63,974 bases of DNA, filler included, from Olpidium bornovanus S191 (GCA_017911155.1; 29 parts of 29 records of this genome joined end to end with filler, not necessarily neighbours in it); one strand, 5' to 3'. Counted from the whole stretch's first letter, positions 46,139 through 58,450 are shown. Numbers and translations: made by a program. Notes: generated by a model not told the origin, from the letters alone.

Positions 46139-46306
46139 CAAAATGCACTGAGAACAAATGTTGACATCAAATACACGGCAATTTAATGACTCGAGAAGGG
46201 GCAAATGCACCGAGAACAGGAAAATAAACGAACACGTCAAATGCACGGCAATTTAAATGACTCGAGAAGGGGCAAATGCACCGAGAACAGGAAAATAAAC
46301 GAACAA
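46139..46306. repeat. 70-bp tandem repeat (about 2.4 copies) in the divergent intergenic region
   Basis: cacggcaattta(a)atgactcgagaaggggcaaatgcaccgagaacaggaaaataaacgaaca occurs at 46174 and 46244, with a partial copy upstream. Confidence 0.85.
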
Positions 46307-46486
46307 GGGCAACTATTTAATCTGTCGCGAGAAATTGGCGGAGAGAACGGGGAACCCGCGCGCGCGCACGGCGCTCACGCACGGAAAGAAAAGGCCCTCC
46401 ATCCCCCCCACGCGGGTGGCAGCGCGCAGGCGGAGAGCGAGAGAGAGAGACGGAGACGGAGACAGAGACGGAGAGAAAGAGAAACA

Positions 46487-47308
46487 ATGTCGTCCGTCGT
46501 CGAGGCCGGCCCCGGCCAGCAGCCGTCGGAGAACCCCGAGTTCGTCCGGTACCGCGAGACGGCCGCGCAGTTCAACGCGCGGAAGCAGGCCGCAGTGCAC
46601 GACCGGCGGCTGCAGCCTTTGCCCGTGCACCACGAACTGCTGAGGCACAGATGGCTTTTGGGGTACGGGGGAGAAAAAAAAGAAAAATTATCGTTGCGCG
46701 CGCGGTGGCGTGGGGAAAGGGCTGTCGCGGGAACCGCTTCCCGAAAAATCAAGCCTCACCGATCCGCGCTCTTTCTTCGTGCAGTGGGATCATCGGGTAC
46801 GCGCGGTTGAAATTTGTCCCCGCTTGTCTTGCGAGCGAGAGCGGGGGGGGGGGGGGGGGGGGGGGGCCGAGGCGGGAAGTGAAATGCGGTGGTTGCAGAA
46901 CACGACCCTTTGCAATGCGCCGGGCACAGTTTGCGAGGCGAGCGGTAGCGAGGCGTGCGACGGCCCTGTCCTACGCACTCCGTGCACAGCGCCAAACTGG
47001 TTCTCTCCAACGAACGTTCTTTCCACGCGGATTCTATGCCGCTATTAACACGTTGGGCTGTTTCCGACACAGAGGCTTCGTCGGATGGAGGGCGGCACGC
47101 CATATAGATAAAGGAACAATGGGAGTGGTGAGTTACTGCCATTTATGTTGATTTGTCCAGGCTCCGTTCTCGAAGACGTTTCGCGCCCGCGTCTTCAACC
47201 GCGAAGCCTGGTTGACCCCTGCTGTTTCTCGCCGGGGGCGGCGCACGCGCCCCCCCCCCCCATATTGTTTAGGTCTTCGGCGCGCTCGGCGGCTCGTTAG
47301 TACAGGTC
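46487..47308 (+). CDS. Small Gly-rich membrane protein, multi-exon; 3' end uncertain
   Basis: MSSVVEAG...RHRWLLG|SGIIG|GFVGWRAARHIDKGTMGV|VFGALGGSL, assembled from plausible GT-AG exons; contains GxxxG motifs. Confidence 0.4.
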
Positions 47309-48547
47309 TTCGCCGGAGCGCTGAAGGTTTAAGCAAACTACGGCTTTCACGCAATTCGTCCGCAAGCTGCCCACCCACGGATGATATCGACGTAGGCAAA
47401 AATGAGCTGTCATTGAACGGACGGGCGAACGAACCAGCGGAATTTGAGCGGAAACCTAAGTTTTCTTCCAAGATGAAACCCTTACCCCCGCCCGTGAAGG
47501 AATGACAGTTTGTCGTTTGCCCCCGCGTGGCCTCTAACGTTGTGCGGTGTTGCCATGCGAAGGGAGGGGAACAGTGGGCAAGGGGTGGGAAGAAGGGTGA
47601 GGTGGGGCAGACGCGAGGGCAGAGAGGAATGGCCTCTCAGCTGCCTCGAGAGTCGCCTGACCCGACGAGATCACGGTCGTCCGGTAACTCACATCTGAAG
47701 AGCACGCATTCGCCTTGTACTCCCTTCGCTGCTTCGACGGCTCCGTCGGCCGTCATACCGTATATATTTGGAGAGAAGTAGTCTGGAAGGCAAAGAATGC
47801 CTGTGTCGGCTTCAAAATGCTGTGCGTGCCGTAGCAGCACAACCTGCTTTAAAGTATGCAAGGCATTTGATGCCCGGACGGTTCGGTCCGTCACGAGCGA
47901 CCGTCCGGACCCCGTTTCGACGAACTGGGAAGGGGCAATGGAGGGGGGTGTCAGTTGTATGGCGGTCGTCGTTGTCAAGCGGTCGAATGACCCGGAGGAT
48001 CTGGACGTTCATTGAGAGCTGTTCGGCAGCGGTGGTATACAAATCTCCCCCCCCGGAGGCCGAACATGTCGCAAAAAAAAGTCCTAATATGTCGTTACTT
48101 CGATACATCACGAGTCATAGTCGATCTCCGCAGTCTGCAACACTGTCCCCAGCTCTTTGGCGGCGGGCCCCTCGTCGCCCGCGAAAAGCTCCAGTAAGAC
48201 TGCCAACAAGACGCCGGGGTGTAGAACGGTTGGTCACGGGCGGACAAGATTCCGGCCTTGTTTTTTTTTTGGTCCTTCGCGCGCGCCGCCACAGCCCCAG
48301 GGGCTGACGGCCCGGTCGGGCGAACCGATCTTTTGTCCGCCGATCCGGCAAATGTGATTTGCTCCGGAATTCCGGCACGAGAATGGCTAGGGCGCGTTTA
48401 TTGGACGGAAGATTCTTCTGCCGGAAAAAAGCGGGGAACCCCTCGGCNNNNNNNNNNNNNNNNNNNNNNNNNNNNNNNNNNNNNNNNNNNNTTAATTAAT
48501 TAANNNNNNNNNNNNNNNNNNNNNNNNNNNNNNNNNNNNNNNNNNNN

Positions 48548-50230
48548 CATGATGAGTATGTCCTGAGGAGCGTCGTCGCGAACGTTGGGGTCCAAGTGGC
48601 CCGCGAACTCGAAGGTATCGCCGTAGCCCTTGTACCTGCAGTATCTCCTCGCGCCGCGGACGGCACCCACCTCGTCCACGCGAAGCGTGTCGAAGATAAG
48701 CAGGGCGGGAAATGCCTCCGGGCAGCAGCTTAAAAGGATCTCCTCCTGCGTCGCCGAGGGCAATACCCGGTGGACGTGCACTTTTCTATTCGCGAAATCC
48801 ACCACCGCGTCCGGATGTGCCCCTGCGCGCACAGAGTCCATAGGAGCAGTGTGCACCTCCACACGTGAGGAGGCCTCCAGCGGCGTCGCGTCGTCAAACC
48901 AGTTCGGCCGTGCGGTAGGTGGGAGGATCGCCCGGACGTACGTGATGAGCCTGCCGCCGGTGCTCTCCGGCGGAGGCGCTTCCATACCGGCATCGCCCCT
49001 TTCCGCGCCCCCCAAGGTTGTTACGCAGTCCTCCTCCCGCGCCTGCGCCGCGAAGTATGCCAGCAGGCAAAGAATGCGTCCCGTCGCAACCGAGACGCGA
49101 CCTTTCGAGCGGCCGTAGAGGACGCAGAAGTCTAGATTTCCCAGTTCGCAATGCCATACCTCCTGCTGTTTGTCGGATGCCGGCCGACAGTGAAGCAAGA
49201 ACGCGTTGGCGAGAAGGAACTTCACCTGCTCCGACGCGAGGGAGACGCAGCTCGTGTGTAAAAACGCAGAATTCTCGTCATAGTCGTCGTTCCCGCTCTT
49301 TGGGCGGCTAGGCGACGGGGGCAACTCAATGGCGGGCAGAACGTCCAGCGAAAACGGTCGGGTTTGCGAGGTGGCCCAGCGAATAATGCGGGGCAACAGG
49401 TCATCGTAAAAGCCGAACCCGCGTCGCGGGGAGTGCAGGCCTTCCAAAAGGGATATTGCCTTGAAGAGGTTAGGGAACTCCAGAGCTTCCGCAGAGAACC
49501 TGTCGCTGTCCTCTATCCACGACGCCCGACAGGCCCGCAGAACGTCGGTTAGGGCGTCCGCCGCTGCCCGGTTTCCGAGGGGTGTTCGCAAAAAAAGCGG
49601 CGAGGACAGAACTTCCGGCGGAAACTCGTCGACACACACAAAAGTGCGCCTGGATTCCGCCTCGTCAAGATGTGGTTTTGAGCCATTTTCCTCTTCGAGA
49701 AATTTCTGACTGAGCAATTGCCCGTGCCTTGCCCGCCTCCCGGTACAGCACCCATGCTTCCTTTTTAAAACCCGTTTTCTCACCTTCGTCCTCGTCAACT
49801 GACTGGCCGCGTCCAGTCCGCCTTTTATTTTCGTTCCCCTTCCGACCCAGGATCTCTCGTCTACGGCCTCCGCCAGATCGCTCCGCCTCTTCGCCGCGGC
49901 CGGTGCCGAGCCAAATGCGGCAGCAGCGCACACTCCCAGTCCACTGTTCATTACGGTGTTCTCTGTCTCCGCTTCCTCGCCTGCTTGCTTATCCTCGTTA
50001 CGCGTGGACACAGCGGTCGCCAGTTGCGGAACCTCTTGTATAGCGGGGTCGACCTTCGACCCGTTACGCTGGTTCCCTTCTTTATACCTTCTGGGCGGCA
50101 AAGTCGTTCTGGCCGCCTCCTCCTCTTGCTCAACAAGCGAATCTGCGCCTTCATTTCTCCCGACTCTCGTGCCGAAAAGCGGCTGCTCTTCCTGCTCATT
50201 CCCACGTTTTCCCTCAGGCTTTCCCGTCAT
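48548..50230 (-). CDS. PARG: Poly(ADP-ribose) glycohydrolase-like protein, 3' end truncated
   Basis: Motifs VKFLLANAFL, NLDFCVLY, GRILCLLAYF, ITYVR, VVDFAN...ATQEEILLSCCPE, GARRYCRYKGYGDTFEFAG and terminal ILIM(DA), the layout of the macrodomain PARG catalytic region. Confidence 0.85.
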
Positions 50231-50961
50231 GGCTGGCTCCTCCTCCCGCTCAGCTCTCGTTCGAAGGCCGGAGGTCCAGGACTTCGGGTGGGGAGCCGGA
50301 CGGGGCCAAAAAAAAGTAAAAGTTGCGAGGGCCTGATCACGTGATTACCATTCGTGCGCCGCCGTCCTCCGCCGTTGGCTGCCTTCACCTTTCTTCGCCC
50401 GTGATTCAGAACAACATCAGCTCCCTCCGAGGCCGTCTCCCGTCGGGCACCAAAGTTGCACGCCGGCTAAATCCTCCCTGACTCAGGCAGAGACAAGTCA
50501 ACAGCCATACAGGACGTGCCGGGAAGTCTCGAAACAGATTTCGGTTCGGGAAGTCGTGAATCCCAGAACCTTTACATCGTGAAGTTCAGAACGGGATTGT
50601 TTGGTATCAACCCGATCGTTGTGTAACGCTACCGGACCGATTTAACCTAGAAAGTTCAGGCGGACAATTACCCCGGTCAGGACGCGAACAATCGGGCTGT
50701 TTCCGACCAGGTGCAATCGGGACCCAAAGACAATTTAAAACAGCTCCGATTTGTGTTGTGTAAAAGGTTCAAGGTACTCGCTCTGTGTGCAATAAAAATG
50801 CAGGGGTGTTATGATGTGCCTTTTGATGAATTATCTAAAGTCTCCACGAAAGACAACATGGNNNNNNNNNNNNNNNNNNNNNNNNNNNNNNNNNNNNNNN
50901 NNNNNTTAATTAATTAANNNNNNNNNNNNNNNNNNNNNNNNNNNNNNNNNNNNNNNNNNNN

Positions 50962-51520
50962 ACGTTCGTCCTCGCGCCTGTGTCTAGACCTGCACCTTCG
51001 AAAAGCGCTGACGTCAGAGGGTGAGAAGAAGCGGTGGAGCCACCTACTTTTCCGCCAGCCGTGTGCTGCGGGGCCGCATGCATATCTGTACGGCTTTCTG
51101 GCGCGTCTTGGGTGCGTTTTTCGTTGTCTTTCATGGTGCGGGGCGGGTGGCGGCGCGCAAAGGCGGTGCCGAAGCGCGGCGGTTGCGGAGCCGAAGCGCT
51201 GGTGGCGGAAGGCGCAGCCGAAGCGCGGGTGGGCGGCGATGGCGAAGGCGGAGCCGAAGCGCGATGGCGGCGACGGCGAAGGCGGAGCTGAAGCGCGATG
51301 GCGGCGATGGCGGCGCTGCGGCGGCGGGGGGCGCGGCGGCGGCGGGGGGCGCTGCGGCGGCGGGGGGCGCGGCGGCGGAGGGCGGTCAGCGGAGCCTTGG
51401 GCTCATAACCTGTGCAGTTTTATGCGCCTAGTTTTCTTTTATTTGGGGGGGAAAAGCGTTGTTTTCGTTCGGGGGTTTTCTTCCTTTTAAGTGCGCTCGT
51501 AACTACCGTATTCTACGACA
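50962..51520 (-). mobile_element. 5' end of an LTR retrotransposon: 110-bp LTR (51520-51411), half-tRNA-iMet PBS (51410-51397), GC-rich repetitive leader, ORF start at 51134
   Basis: The minus strand reads TGTCGTAG...AAATAAAA...CTGCACA and then GGTTATGAGCCCAA, giving TG...CA termini. The leader repeats gccgaagcgcgatggcggcga. Confidence 0.7.
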
Positions 51521-51577
51521 GTGCACGCCCGCCCTGGCCTGCCGAAATCGCCTGAGGATCAGCGGAGTGGGGCCCCC

Positions 51578-52150
51578 ATGTGCCTAATCTTGCCCCGGAG
51601 GTCGGACCTGGCGGAGGCCCATCTGGGTCGCTTCATGTCGAGTTTGGCCAAGACGCCTTCGTCGAGCGAAGTTCGGGACTTCTCGCGCCCGAGGAATGTG
51701 GACCCTGACAAGAAGTTCCGGGAGCTCTGGATCTTTGACGAGGAGACAATGTCCATTGTCGGCGGGTTCTGTCGTGGCTTTGCTTTTGCCACCCTGGTCA
51801 ACCGCTGGCTTCACAAGTGTATTGTCCTCATGGAGACGCAGCTGGGCGTCAGCTGGAGCGCCAAGCAGACGCATTTTGCGAGAGGAAGGACGGGCGGTCG
51901 CATTGCAGGATTTGGGCTTGCCAGCCCTCGCGACGTTCGAGAATTGCACAAGTATCTTGCCAAGCCATTGTTATGGCGCGAGCCGGAAGGCCTGATGACT
52001 CGTGCAAATTGCTCGGCGCAGCATGGACTAGCAAGGGAATTCCTGGCCTGCGTGGAGGTTCACAACCCGTGCCTGAGCAAGGAATTGCAGGCCTTCCACA
52101 AGGTCTTCCCTGATGCGGCGCCGCCGATGTGGGCGACATACAACTACCAG
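51578..52150 (+). CDS. Hypothetical protein exon abutting the LTR
   Basis: A 191-codon open frame ends at a cag|gtatgt donor. The frame is also open upstream to the LTR edge at 51521. Confidence 0.45.
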
Positions 52151-52383
52151 GTATGTTTCGGGAACTGGTTTTTGCAATGCGTCAGTCCACTAATGTGCTG
52201 TAGCACGGCCCTCGNNNNNNNNNNNNNNNNNNNNNNNNNNNNNNNNNNNNNNNNNNNNTTAATTAATTAANNNNNNNNNNNNNNNNNNNNNNNNNNNNNN
52301 NNNNNNNNNNNNNNCATGACTGGCGAACACAGGGAATGTCACCGTTGCGCGCAATTGCTGCTGAAATCCGTACTTGACTACAG

Positions 52384-53233
52384 ACGAGTCTCCAGAGGCG
52401 AGCTTCGAGTTTGGATATCTCGTTAAGGTCATCCTACAGGACGCCCAGCAGAAGCTGGTCTTCCGCGTGCTTTCGTACATAAAGAACAATATCGAAATGT
52501 ATAATCCCACGCCTGCGGATTTGAATATCACCGCAAAGCGCGAAGGTGCTTCTCCTCTTTTTTCACATCTTCGGTCTGCCGATTTCCCGCATTCCCGCCT
52601 AACGTTGAAACTGGCACGGCGTCATGAACTGCAAAGAGAGAGGAAAACTTCCCCGCCGGCTGACATCTTTCGGCATCGCGGGTTGTTTTCCAGGGCCCAA
52701 TGTTTCGGAAACGGCCCCCTCGACAGATGATGTTGGACCTGCCGACCCGGCGGTGAAGGGTGACGATTGGTACCCCACATTGCTGCGCAGTCTTCACGTC
52801 CTCGATTTGCTATTCGGGCACGTGAACGTAAGAAACCACCTGATCAGCAGCGAAGGCCCTTTCTTCTGCTTGTTGATGTAACTAAATTCTTACAACCTGC
52901 TGCCGGCTTTTGGGTTTCCAAACGTTGTCGCGGCAAGGATGCTGTTTTCGACGATATATCTCGGGAGATCGTCGCCATCTGTTGCCTGTCGCTTGTTTCG
53001 GCGAGCGAGGCGATTGCGGCCAAGCAGGTGCGGCGAGACTTTCACAAGTTTTTGCGACGTTACGCAACTAGCAGGGCCGTAACGTCTACCCGGCGTGTTA
53101 TTTTCAGGGCAAACCGAACGGCCAGCACTTTCTGATCAAGCATCTGCTCATGCTGAAGGAACAAACAGCGAATTTCGCCGTTGACTGTACCGGTGTTCAA
53201 AAGCTGCTGGATTCGGCGAGCGCCGGTGCGTAA
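52384..53233 (+). CDS. COG3: Conserved oligomeric Golgi complex subunit 3, internal to C-terminal exons
   Basis: Motifs ILQDAQQKLVFRVLSYIKNNIEMYNPTPADL, DWYPTLLRSLHVL, AVFDDISREIVAICCLSLVSAS and GQHFLIKHLLMLKEQ across four GT-AG exons. Confidence 0.88.
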
Positions 53234-54153
53234 CCTGACGAGTTCCATGAAATGTCGTCGTTCAGAAAGCAAACAGCAAAAAGCCGCCCGCGTCAGTAAT
53301 ATTTCACACCCCGGGCTCCCGTGGATTCATTAAAACGGTGCACACTTTTGCCAAGTCCAGCCGTGCCTTCCGTCGGCGAGTAACCCCGGGCGGTCGCTCG
53401 AATCGCCCGCTTAATAGAAATTTTCCGCTGGGGTTTTTTTTCATCGCCGCGCGCATGCAAAAATCGAGTCCGAAAAATTGCTTCCGAAATAACGCTTCCC
53501 CTCAACATCCCGGGTGTTCTTTTCCGCTTTGCGATCGCGCTACTCTTCTTCCCCACATCGTGCGAATGAAAAAGAGCGTAATGTGCCCCAAGGTATTTTA
53601 TTGCGAAACGGCGCGCACCAGGGGTAAACGGCGGCGGGCCTTGAGACGGGATGGAAAGAAGCGAATGAGAGACCGGCGCGCGCGGGCCGTGGTTCACCGA
53701 GTGCAGCGTTTGCTTTGCTTCGGGAGGGCCCGGCCAAGGGATCGCGAATGCGTTGGGTGCACGCTTTTGCGAGGTGTTTCGACGCGAAATGGCGAGCGGT
53801 CAAGGAACGTGGGCGGGGAGGCATCACCGGCTTGGCGCGCCTTCACATCGCGCCAGGGCCGCCGGTACGGCCGAAGGAAAGCCGAGCGCTGAAGCTTGAC
53901 AAAAGCGGACCCTAAACGCAGAACAAGATGCTGGGTGAGCCCGTTAGGGTGAAACGCAGTGTCTGGCGTGAAAAACGTCTGTCCGTCTGTCATCGACCTC
54001 AGCCAATCAGAACGTTCACCCCTAACCCCCCCCCCCCCCCCGGGGGCTGGGGGNNNNNNNNNNNNNNNNNNNNNNNNNNNNNNNNNNNNNNNNNNNNTTA
54101 ATTAATTAANNNNNNNNNNNNNNNNNNNNNNNNNNNNNNNNNNNNNNNNNNNN

Positions 54154-54307
54154 CATGACCACCGCGTTCGCGGACAAGAGCCAATACTGCTCACTTTGCC
54201 TTTACACGCTGCCGCCGGGAGCCGGGATCCCGTGGACCGGGAAAGTCTACCATCCGCCTTGCGCCAACCTCTTCGTCAACAGGTTGAACACCGCGCGCCG
54301 GATCTAG
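54154..54307 (+). CDS. C-terminal end of a protein with a synergin-gamma-like Cys/His motif
   Basis: YCSLCLYTLPPGAGIPWTGKVYHPPCANLFVNRL...* resembles the CxxC...YHxxCANFWxN tail of synergin gamma (recalled, not searched). Confidence 0.45.
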
Positions 54308-54941
54308 CGAAATTCCGAAAAACCTCGCTTGGAAGAAAACAAAACATTTTTTAAGCCTCACTTTTTTTATCCTCCTTCTGTTTTTTCTTCTTTCTTTTTC
54401 TTTTCTTTGGTTTTTTTTTTCTTCTTCGGTTCGTCTTTATTTTCTCTTCCTTTTTTTTTCAACCAGGTTAGACTAAAGCTTCTTGTTTTTGAGCCAACTA
54501 TAATTTGTACCTTAACCGTCGCAGTACCAGTAGCCCGCACGCAATCGAACTCGATCGACAAAACCACTGGAAGAAACGGAAGAAAAAGGCGGGGTGGCGT
54601 TGGGGGGAAACCGGTTGGGGACGAAGTTACCGAGAAGGGCCGTTTCCAACCCCCCCCCCCCCATCTCCTCCACCTACCCACCTATTTTAGTGTGTGAAAT
54701 CCGCAACGGAACATTCCATAGCCGTTGTCTCCTGAAACCCGTGCCTTACTCTCTTCCGTTGACGAATTCCTGTTAACATTTCCGTTGGCGACGTCGCAGT
54801 GAAATGCCGTGCCTGCTGCCAGACCAGCGAATGCGCGGCTGTTGCCGGACCATCGAACACCTCGCAGTCGGCGCCCAACTGTGGTCGACGTGTCCGCCCA
54901 GGGCGGTTACCAGGTTGGCAAACATGCATGCGCTTGACCAG

Positions 54942-55183
54942 GGTATCACCAAGCATTTCAGCATGATCGTTGTGGTTGAAAGTTTTATCAACATGGACAA
55001 AATCTCGAAGCGCGCCACCCTGTTTGCTGTGCGTAAAATTCGGCAGAAGTAATTGGACCGCCTATGTGGCCTCTCATGCGCGTGATTAGGTTCCGTGATC
55101 GTCGCAGTCCCGGCACACCAAAGCTTTCAATCGACGACGTTGTCATTAAGGCGGCCGGCCGTGCGTTGAAGGCTGTTCCAGAG
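54942..55183 (+). pseudogene. Dihydrolipoamide acyltransferase (E2/E3BP) core-domain-like fragment
   Basis: Spliced INMDKISKRATLF...PKLSIDDVVIKAAGRALKAVPE resembles E2 INMDKLLKLR...KLSVNDFIIKA.ALAL..VPE. No lipoyl domain upstream and no recognisable continuation were found. Confidence 0.45.
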
Positions 55184-57439
55184 GTGTCTTATAATTCTGA
55201 GGTGTTGGATGCTCGATGGGCAATCGTCCCAGTTGACAGTGAGTGTACAATGCAGCAGAGACGCCGCTTTACTATTCACTTAGGATTCGGAATCCTAAGC
55301 TCCGGTTAACGCTTGATCCAAAATACCAAGGCTTTGGATCGCCGAAGTGATTTAAGTTCGTCAATCTAATCCCAATGCGTCTGCTTGAGCAATAATACGG
55401 CTAATCAATGGCAATAGGACACGCGCCATCGAAGGCGTCCAAAACAATCGCCTCCCTCCCATGCACAGCAGGTTTGCCCTCGCACATCTTCGCTTGCAAG
55501 TCGCGTGTCGCTGGCAGAGTGCACAAGTGCACAGGGGCGCACACATGTGTACCGATAAGCAAGGAATCGCGCGAAATGTTGCATTTTTTCTTGGCCCCCG
55601 TTGAGGAATTGGCGCAAAGCGATTTGCAAGACGAGATCCCTCCTGCCGGACTGAAACGAGCGCTCGTTCATCGGACTTTTCTGCAGCAAACTCGGGCACC
55701 ACCCACTGGATGCACTGAAAGAGGGATTTGTGGTACACAATACGTACCACCGGTGCAAAATCGTGGACCATCGCAAAGTTATATATAACGCACTGTTGCC
55801 GGCCACCGAATGGTATTCGCGTCCATCTCCTCCTGACACTTCGCACGATCAGGAAAAGCCACGGCAGTGTTCTAAATGGATGCACGTATTCGGGGAGCAG
55901 CAAGCGGAAAATCCGTCACGAGAAGTTTCAGGGCTTTTTGGGCTGCGGTCAGGCTAGCCACCCCCTACGGGCCAATTCCGGAGGGCCCTGCGCGGCGGAA
56001 CCCGAACTGCGCCGCGAATCGACGGGCCCGACGAGCTAGTCATCGCGCCCCGCGCTTCGCACGTAGCCGTGCATATGAGCGAAGACGGGCTTCTTCTCCG
56101 CGTGCGGAGCTCCCCGTTCCTACCCAACGCCGACTTGGCGCAGGTGGGAGACGGCGGCGGACTCTTGGCGAAGCTGCTGGGGCGGCCGCCGCCACCGGCT
56201 GGCCGTGCAGGCCACGACCAACCTGTGTCTGGGCTGGGCCTGGACGGCGCGCCGACGGCCGCGACGCCCAGCGACACAGCGATACCTGCCGCTCTTCATC
56301 TTCGTCTGCGACGGCCGGATAACCAAGGGGCAGGCGGAGCCCGTTTCGTCGTGCTGTTCGCCATTCCTTGCGCGACCGTGCCTGCTGGGCAGCTGGCGGT
56401 GTCGAGCTCGGTGTTGGAAGCGATCGCGCCCGTCTTTTGCGGCGTGGCCAAAGAGGGAGGGTTCGAGGCGCGCGTTGACATCGTGGACAATGAGATTTTG
56501 CGAAGTAGGATCGGGTTCTGTTACGGCGCGCGCGAAATCTGAGCCAGCACGGAGCCACTCACTTAGTTCCTGGCGGAACTGCAGAGTGCGAAAGAGCGAC
56601 TGCGAACAGAGTTTGTGTGACGATCGCCGGCCCGAAAACATTGGAAAGCGCAATCCTCCCATCCGACATCGGGAGTTGCTTGGCGCGGAGCCGCGGCGGC
56701 TTGACGGTGAGGACGTCGCCGAAGAACCATCTGAAAACCAGTTAGACTGATAAACAGCCGGTGCACGCTTCGTAGATCGCCGAAGGGCAGGTGTTTACGC
56801 ACAACGTGCGAGGCCAGAGCGTCGCCTTTTGCGTTGAGGGCTTCGACGTCGTCGGTAGTTCCTTCGCCTCAACTTCCGAATTCGGACTCGTGGATCGGCG
56901 GTCAACCCGATTTGAAGTTATCTTGGGAAAACACGAAACAAACATCCCGAAGTGCTCCGAGATTACCGCGGAAGCGGAAGGTACCCTTCCCGCGTTGCGA
57001 GATCTGCTTGGTAAATGGAGGGTGTAGGCCTGATTCTATCAGCCCGATAACCTTTGAATTTTTGGCGCGACACGATTGACAGCGGATGTTCCAAGAGGCC
57101 CATAATCACGACGTTCTCATTTGTGTGCAGGAAACGCATTTTTCAACCTCGATCACCACCGCACCCTCAACATGNNNNNNNNNNNNNNNNNNNNNNNNNN
57201 NNNNNNNNNNNNNNNNNNTTAATTAATTAANNNNNNNNNNNNNNNNNNNNNNNNNNNNNNNNNNNNNNNNNNNNACGCCTGCGGAAAGGTCTGCAGGCGT
57301 CGCGGACGACAAAAAACCGCTATCGGCGACGCCCGTCCTCTCCGGAGTTCCCTTAAAATCCCTCGGCGGTCGGTCAAATTGGCCCTCGTAGCATGGTCAG
57401 CGGGTCCTTTTTTGAGGGGGAGGGAATTCAGAGGTCTTC

Positions 57440-58450
57440 TCATTCTCAGCAACATTGTCCCTCACAGTGGTATCACCTCCGTATGGCCAAACCCTTGGAG
57501 TAACACAATACTTTCGCCCTCATCAGATAATTTGTCGCCAGGTTGGTTCAGTTCCAATGTTTTTGAGGTTGGATGAAGTGTTCCGCAGATCCTGCTTGGC
57601 TCAAGGAAAGGAATTCAGTCTTGAGTTGCATCCTGTTCGCCTTAGAGGTATGACAATGAATTTTTCCCAGGGTCTTCCAAGTTTGCCTGACGGCAGAAGC
57701 TTCCACGATTTGCATAAGCTGATTGTTTTCCACGGCTAAGATGATCTCGGCCAGGGAATCCCCCTCCTTCTTCGGGTCATGGTCAAAGTTCGGACTCTAA
57801 TTTTCAGGTTTAATATATTCAGCTGATTTTCGTTCCCTGGGTAAAGACGAGCCTGTAGACTCCAATATGCATCGTTTTTTCCATCCAGCTTGCTGATAGA
57901 ACTCCTGACGGTGGAAGCCATTGGTAATACTGCGATGGCGACAGTTTCGCGGCGACAGTTTCGCGGCGACAGTTTCGGGGCGACAGCAGAGGCGGTGAGT
58001 TTTTGCGCGTCAGAAGCGACGGTGATGCGCGACAGCGACAGTGACGGCTTCGCGGCGGATATTGGTAGACATCATCTTCAACATGATCTTGCGCTTCTCG
58101 ACGCGCTCGGACAAGATTGTAGAGCATGTCGATGTGTTTTGCGCGGCCATGGTTGACGGGATTGCCGGCAAGAAGAAAAACCGCATAGTTGTCCTCATTG
58201 TCAGCGATCGGACGCGCGCTCTCTCTGAGATCCCGGAGAAGATGCACGAGCGATATCGCTTCTTTTCCCCCTCAGCCAACGCGTATGTATTCCGATTCTG
58301 TCGTCGTAGCCGCAGCGATCTCCTGGCGCTTGCTCCGCCAGAGATTGCTTCTGCGAGCAGAAACACGTTCCCGCTTGTGACGCGACGAGACTCGCGGTAT
58401 TCGGTGAAGTCCGCGTCGCAGAATCCAGCAAGTTCTAAAAACCCCAATGC
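57440..58450 (-). mobile_element. Two juxtaposed Ty1/copia relics: RNase H end (about 58450-58050) followed by a leader and the gag 5' end (57921 to about 57440)
   Basis: RNase H part: LELAGFCDADFTEYRESRRVTSGNVFLLA, TTESEY, LAGNPVNHGRAKHIDM. Gag part: MASTVRSSISKLDGKNDAYWS (DUF4219-like) and QTWKTLGKIHCHTSKANRMQLKTEFLSLSQ (UBN2-like). A 14-bp repeat ggcgacagtttcgc occurs about 3 times at 57937-57986. Confidence 0.8.

Noticed and set aside
55361-57100. Possible minus-strand multi-exon gene and overlapping plus-strand ORFs
   Set aside because: Exon-like segments exist (for example WFFGDVLTVKPPRL...), but no phase-consistent model or family could be supported.
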